The position numbers and the translations under genes were made by a program. Shown here one piece after another: positions 57,998-64,000 of a stretch of 64,000 bases of DNA. Positions within the stretch are counted from its first letter, which is position 1; every line of letters starts with the position of its first letter. Under the pieces are notes generated by a model, which searched no databases, had not been told where the DNA came from, and saw nothing but the letters and a program-made list of their open reading frames with translations. The DNA comes from Eledone cirrhosa (taxonomy: Eukaryota): positions 82,708,001 to 82,772,000 of the forward strand of contig OZ024743.1 of assembly GCA_964016885.1 (NCBI GenBank), read 5' to 3'.

Positions 57998-58105
57998 GTA
58001 CAAACTTTGCTGTGATGGGGAACTATCTGGAACCCAGTGGAGGACCCACAGACTCTTTAAAATCTTCAATATCTGATCAGTTCTGGGGAACATCCCATTC
58101 AGATG
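57998..58105 (+). CDS. Internal coding exon (108 nt, phase 1-1) of a host gene, possibly TNRC18/BAHCC1-like
   Basis: Acceptor TTCTTTCTCTTCTTCTCATATTAG, donor G|GTAAGT. Reads (x)TNFAVMGNYLEPSGGPTDSLKSSISDQFWGTSHSD and splices in frame to 62159. Confidence 0.7.
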
Positions 58106-58133
58106 GTAAGTATTTCACATTTTAATCTATTTA

Positions 58134-58444
58134 CTCTCGGGTCCCAAATAATAGGGATGGGTGATAATCGTGGTGGTGTTTGGAAAATCGGTAATATTTC
58201 CAGGTTGCCTCACTTGAGTTTTTTTAAAAACCAGAATTAGTCGTTTAGTTTACATATTGAGACCCCCATCCCACCCTCTTTATTTTACAACATATGGGAT
58301 TTCTGGTAATGTAATTTTTTTGTCATATATAATGTCTTTTAATGTATAAAGAAAAATAATTGTCGCAGGAATGAGTGGGGTGGAACTGGAAAAAATCTGA
58401 AAAATTAATAAGTGGGTACGGGACGATTATTCGAGACCCGAGGG
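58134..58444. mobile_element. MITE with TA TSD (Tc1/mariner-pogo-like)
   Basis: TA|CTCTCGGGTCCCAAATAAT ... ATTATTCGAGACCCGAGGG|TA imperfect TIRs. Confidence 0.7.
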
Positions 58445-58457
58445 TAAATATTGTTAA

Positions 58458-58631
58458 CCCTTTCAATACCAACCCAAGCAAAACCAGCTGTGAAACAAAA
58501 TCCTATTTAAATTAAAATCTTCCAACTTTTCTCTCAGAACTCATATGCTAAGTTACAACCTTATTAATTAATAATTTTAATAAACCCCTCTAAATTCTTC
58601 AATAATTAATTGAAATAATGTCACAAAAGGG
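58458..58631. mobile_element. piggyBac-like MITE
   Basis: TTAA|CCCTTT ... AAAGGG|TTAA. Confidence 0.65.
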
Positions 58632-58789
58632 TTAAAAATCTGTACATCTGTTACGTGAAATATCTGTACATCTGTACATCTGTTATGTGAAGTATCTGTT
58701 ACATCTGTACAACTCAGTTTTACATTTTATTACAACATACCTGTTGAGCAACTTCATTCAATACCTTTACAGATTACATTGGGTGTATT

Positions 58790-59140
58790 TTCGAGTGACA
58801 TTACTTGATAAAGTGCATAACTCAGAGACTAGAGAGTCACTCCAGGTAGGGCCACTACTTCTCTGTATTGAGAGATCACAGCTCTGATACTATGGACATG
58901 TGGTTAGAATATCTCAGGAAAGAATTGCTGGACAGATTTTACAGGCAAAACCAGCCGGCAAGTGATCCAGGGATAGACCCTGAACAAGATGGTTGGATAA
59001 CATCCATGAGCTTGGCTGGTCATACTTGGAGATCCAGCTGGATCAGTTGAAGACAGTTGCTTCTGACAGGACCCGATGGAGGGAGTGTTTGAGGACTCTG
59101 TGCCCATGACCCTCTCAGGAATAAGTGGGCAAAGAAGAAG
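58790..59140 (+). mobile_element. RTE-type LINE 3' fragment
   Basis: VTLLDKVHNSETRESLQVGPLLLCIERSQL*YYGHVVR; ends AATAAGTGGGCAAAGAAGAAG. Confidence 0.85.
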
Positions 59141-59642
59141 TATTTTACCATAGCACTAATTCGAGAAATGTTATCAAACCTTTGACAAAGGAGCCCCACT
59201 ACACTGTTTTTCAGGGGTTGTATTCTGATATATAACCCTAAGTCTATCCATCAATCTTACCCAAACTAACCATAACATGATATTTAGTTTTCAGCTTATA
59301 TCCACTATACACTAAACGTTTTACCAACCCTTATGTACACTGTAGTGCTGGATTAACCCAATATCATATGTTGCATTTGATATGAGTGCCACATCTTTAG
59401 GGGCCCCACAGTAAGTGCTTTATCCTACAGCCCTATAGTGTCTTTAACCTTTATGTCACATTTATAAAAATTCTTATGGCCCCTTTGTTATACATGTAAG
59501 GTATAGGTTTCACACTAGTACACCACTAGTACACAGTAGATGTAAGGTATAGGTTTCACACTAGTACACGGTAGATGTAATATATAAGTTTTACACTAGT
59601 ACTCAGAAGTATATTCTGATATATAACTGTGTGTCTTCTTAA

Positions 59643-59845
59643 CCCTTTAGCATTTACTCTATATTTACTATTGTATTTTCACAGTAAAGGCTTTATCTCA
59701 CATATATCGAATCTAACGATATTTTGATGTTATTTATTTTGAGAACAATACCTTAACATAAGTATGAGCAGCCGATTACAGCCGGTTTGAACAGGAAGAG
59801 GTGAGAGAATTCTGGCCAGATAAAGCCAGTTTAAATGCTAAGGGG
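59643..59845. mobile_element. piggyBac-like MITE
   Basis: TTAA|CCCTTTAGCATTTA ... TAAATGCTAAGGGG|TTAG. Confidence 0.75.
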
Positions 59846-60189
59846 TTAGCCACCTATAGCTATGCCGTGTTACCTTCCTTTGTTACACAATTTAATCCTG
59901 TCACCTTTTACTATTTTCAGCCTATGCCCGCTATGTACTAAACAACAACGTCTACCAACCATATGTGCCGTGCATGTTTGGAGCAGAATCGTTATTATAC
60001 TCACAAGCTCCAGTCCATGCTTCTTCTCACAGAATGTATGATCTACATAAAGGTATGTCTTCTCTCTCTCACACCCCCTCTCACTCACACCCTCTCTCTC
60101 ACCCTCACACTCTCTCTCTCTCTTAAATACTAATTGTGTCAAATAACAGCCCTGTTTCTTTAAATATGGACTGGCTTGTTATTGTCAGT

Positions 60190-60567
60190 GAAGGCACATG
60201 GCTTAGTGGTTAGAGCATTGGGCTTGCAATCGAAGGTTGTGAGTTCAATTCTCGGATCGGGTGATGTGTTGTTTCCTTGAGCAAGACACTTTACTTTACA
60301 TTGTTCCAGTTTACTCAGCTGTAGAAATGAGATGATGGGGACTGGGGTCCCTATCATTCCACTGCAAAGTGGTTGTGGAGGTGCCACGGCAAAAAATCCC
60401 CCAGCACTCACAGTAAATGAGTTTGGTGTTAGGAAGGGCATCCAGCTGTAGAAATCAAGCCAGAATCAGTTCCCGAATGAGCAAGACAAGGTCAGCCGAC
60501 CGGACACTGCCCACAACAGGACAACCCATCTAACCCATGCTAGCGTGGAAGAATGGACGTAAAATGG

Positions 60568-60598
<31 letters not shown>
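60190..60598 (+). mobile_element. SINE family 2, long form with the full RTE 3' end and (GAT)n tail
   Basis: 60361-60598 aligns by eye to 42792-43055. Confidence 0.9.
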
Positions 60599-60699
60599 CT
60601 TATTGTCATGTCACCAGCACAACCACCTTACAGGGTTGACAGGGTGACTTTTGTCATGTCACCACCACGACGACTACCTTACAGGGTGGACTGAGTTCA

Positions 60700-61640
60700 T
60701 TTATCTCCCCTTTATATACAACTCATCTATGTCATATCTCCCCTTTATATACAACTCATGTATGTCATATCTCCACTTTATATACAACTCATCTATGTCA
60801 TATCTCCCCTTTATATACAACTCATGTATGTCATATCTCCCCTTTATATACAACTCATGTATGTCATATCTCCCCTTTATATACAACTCATCTATGTCAT
60901 ATCTCCACTTTATATACAACTCATGTATGTCATATCTCCACTTTATACACAACTCATGTATGTCATATCTCCACTTTATATACAACTCATGTATGTCATA
61001 TCTCCACTTTATATACAACTCATCTATGTCATATCTCCCCTTTATATACAACTCATCTATGTCATATCTCCCCTTTATATACAACTCATCTATGTCATAT
61101 CTCCCCTTTATATACAACTCATGTATGTCATATCTCCACTTTATACACAACTCATGTATGTCATATCTCCACTTTATATACAACTCATGTATGTCATATC
61201 TCCACTTTATATACAACTCATCTATGTCATATCTCCCCTTTATATACAACTCATCTATGTCATATCTCCCCTTTATATTCAACTCATCTATGTCATATCT
61301 CCACTTTATATACAACTCATGTATGTCATATCTCCACTTTATATACAACTCATGTATGTCATATCTCCCCTTTATATACAACTCATCTATGTCATATCTC
61401 CACTTTATATACAACTCATGTATGTCATATCTCCCCTTTATACACAACTCATGTATGTCATATCTCCACTTTATATACAACTCATGTATGTCATATCTCC
61501 CCTTTATATATAACTCATGTATGTCATATATCCACTTTATATACAACTCATGTATGTCATATCTCCCCTTTATACACAACTCATGTATGTCATATATCCA
61601 CTTTATATACAACTCATGTATGTCATATCTCCACTTTATA
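60700..61640. repeat. 33-bp minisatellite
   Basis: ATCTCC(C/A)CTTTATATACAACTCAT(C/G)TATGTCAT, about 28 copies. Confidence 0.95.
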
Positions 61641-61939
61641 ATCAACATTATAATGTACCATTGATTATTCGTTGGTCCAGAAGATAAGTTGCATGATGTT
61701 TTTTATGTAATTTCATGCAGAAAAGAGTGACTTATATTTGAGTATAGAAAAAGTGGAACTTATACTTGAGTATGGAAAAAGTGGGACTTATACACAGGTA
61801 TAGAAAACTAATAAGGGTTTTCAGGCTGTTATTCACTGTTAGGGCAGGGTTTAGCCTTGCTGGCTCAGTGGCAGGTTTCACACATATTTTCAGGCAATGT
61901 GTTATGGCCAAATGTCCTTCTTGGTACCATCCTTTTTGG

Positions 61940-62092
61940 TCACCTACTACAACCTACAGGGATATGATGTACCTATATATCAGATACACATGACCTACTA
62001 CAGCCTACAGGGATATGATGTACTTATATATCAGATACACATCACCTACTACAACCCACAGAGATATGATGTACCTATATATCAGATACACA
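61940..62092. repeat. ~51-bp tandem repeat, 3 copies
   Basis: ACCTACTACAACCTACAGGGATATGATGTACCTATATATCAGATACACAT. Confidence 0.85.
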
Positions 62093-62158
62093 CAAAATAT
62101 ATCTGTAATATATTTTAGTTCTTATCACACATTTTTTTTTTTGTTTTTATAATTACAG

Positions 62159-63019
62159 AAGCATTTTTTAATGGCGTTGGCTCAGCAAATGCCACCACAG
62201 GTTTGTACATACCATCTCTTGGTCATCAGCAATCACAGCAGCAGTCTCAACAGCAGCAACAACAGAAACAACAGCAGCAACAACAGCAAGGTCAAGCCCC
62301 TAGCCGTCAGACATCAGTCCAAATGTTGTTAACACAGCAGCAATCTACCGGTACTGGTTTAAAACCAGAGAAATTTGATAGTAGTGATAGGTCCAAGCAC
62401 TCCGAGATATCTTCTTCAAAACGTACCACACCGCCAGACTGGTGCAGCAGATCCACAAAAGGGTCATTGTATTCAGCTTCTCATGTGGACAGCAATGGCA
62501 AGTGTATATCAGCAAACAAAGAATCACGTTCAACGAAGCATGATAGCAGCAGTATCAAGAAAGTAGAGCGTGACTGTAAAGCTGATGTGCAACGAGACAT
62601 TGTCAACATGCAGAAGGACGAACACGACACTGCTGATAACCATGTCCGGACAAACCGTGTGATAGGAAAATGTGAACTGGCGGCTGTAGAGCACCATTCT
62701 CTGGAGAATGGACCAAAGAACTGGTCAACTCACCGCTGTGTTTCATCATCATCAAAGTCCCAAGGTCCTGACAAGGACAGTTGGTCATCTAGTGAGTCTG
62801 TACGGCAAATGAGTCAAGTTAAAAGCCAGAGTGTGATGAAAACGACATCGAGCAGCAAAATATGTCCTCCTGTGATAATCCAGCACATACCTACAATGAC
62901 AACGATGACTATGTCACCTTGTGGGTACCACACAGTTTCAAGTGCAGCTATGTACACCAAAGGAACTGTGTCAAATGTCTTTACAACAAGCCGACCGATT
63001 TCTTCAAGTTATATTTCTG
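62159..63019 (+). CDS. Large internal coding exon (861 nt, phase 1-1): poly-Q then a S/K/T-rich, probably disordered region
   Basis: Poly-T acceptor ..TTTTTATAATTACAG, donor G|GTAAGT at 63020. Open for 287 codons (AFFNGVGSANATTGLYIPSLGHQQ..SSSYIS), with mixed CAA/CAG codons. Confidence 0.85.
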
Positions 63020-63702
63020 GTAAGTCATATATATTCTTCATCATCATCTAGCAGTGATATTAAACTTGTATGAGACCCCTAACTAAACATTTTATCAGGA
63101 TCATTGCATATTATTTATGCTAATAAAATAATTCATTTGAGGCCCTTAAATAGGGCAAACATATTTAAAAATTTTAAATTTACTAAATGTTGTTTATACT
63201 TCTAGTATAATACCCTAAAGTTTCTAAATAAATTATAGTCATTGACCAGGTATATGCTTTAGTGTAATCGTTAAACACAGTCAGATGTGTGTTTTCATTT
63301 TTATGGGCAAGCGCTTCTCCCACCTCCAGAGCTACTTTATCTAACTTATTCAACTATTATTTATAGTTATCCGCATAGGGGGAGCCTTCTCAAAAAGCTA
63401 ACATGTTTTCATATTTTTATGCTTTCAATACATCATCATAATCATTGTTTAATGTCCACTTTCCCTGGTAGCAAGGGTTAGTCAGGTCTACATAGACAAA
63501 ATCAGTACTGAAGCAGGGCTACTGACCTCCCTGGCATGCCGAGGGGTCTGCATTTCACTTACATGTGGTCATACATTCTATCAAGTTATGAAGTGCATGG
63601 GGGAAGATATATATATATGAATGCATGTATAGTATATTTGGCAATATACTGTATGTTTAGTTTAAAAACATTTAGAAGACTATATGCTATCAGTTTTAAA
63701 CT

Positions 63703-63756
<54 letters not shown>

Positions 63757-63758
<2 letters not shown>

Positions 63759-63836
63759 CGAGGGAAAAGTGGTAAGGAACCAGGTGGACCATAACGCACC
63801 AAAGTACTCAATACTTAGGGTAGTAGAGTGGGTAAT
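63757..63836 (-). mobile_element. Family A 3' tail only
   Basis: GTGGTAAGGAACCAGGTGGACCATAACGCACCAAAGTACTCAATACTTAGGGTAGTAGAGTGGGTAA in (TA)n. Confidence 0.8.
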
Positions 63837-63871
63837 ATATATATATATATTATCTTCTCTTTCTAACTCTA

Positions 63872-63907
63872 TCTTCTGATGAAGTACCAGTGTCCAAAAC
63901 GTTAAGA
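63872..63907 (+). ncRNA. Minimal hammerhead relic with a G12-to-A substitution
   Basis: TCTT-CTGATGA-AGTAC-CAGT-GTCC-AAAA-CG-TT-AAGA; palindromic ACGT stem III; the GAAA-to-AAAA change fits CpG decay. Confidence 0.5.
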
Positions 63908-64000
63908 GAAGAGTCTCTTCCTGCTATTCCAAGCATTAAACTAATATATTTCTTCATGTACTTTGTTGTTTGCTTTGTTATTTCTGTTTACTTTTTACAC

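Noticed and set aside
60651-61664. Overlapping 251-337 aa ORFs on both strands
   Set aside because: 33-bp tandem repeat that stays open because the unit is a multiple of 3; no splice or coding signal.

Overview
AT-rich, microsatellite-saturated animal DNA. The SINE and MITE families look octopus-like, which is an inference from recalled repeat motifs. Almost all ORFs in the track are translated simple repeats. Real content: (1) two phase-compatible coding exons of one + strand gene (57998-58105 and 62159-63019; weak resemblance to the TNRC18/BAHCC1/winged-eye N-terminus) and a possible CpG-rich promoter/first-exon region at ~30.7-32.0 kb; (2) decayed LINEs, namely a CR1-type 3' fragment, a 4.4-kb RTE with a PHD-like finger that is split by a second antisense RTE with a 15-bp TSD, and smaller RTE pieces; (3) two tRNA-derived SINE families, one sharing its 3' tail with the RTE; (4) two non-autonomous Helitrons, TTAA and TA MITEs and many minisatellites. 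The most striking signal, found by manual folding, is a dense set of short non-coding elements in or beside (TA)n tracts that carry type I hammerhead ribozyme motifs. About ten have intact catalytic cores and belong to at least seven apparently unrelated families, one of them a U3-A8 compensatory core variant. They are usually arranged as inverted pairs or as snap-back palindromes centred on ribozyme stem II. They are best read as Penelope-like-element pseudo-LTR or retrozyme relics that target TA microsatellites. No ribozyme activity has been tested.
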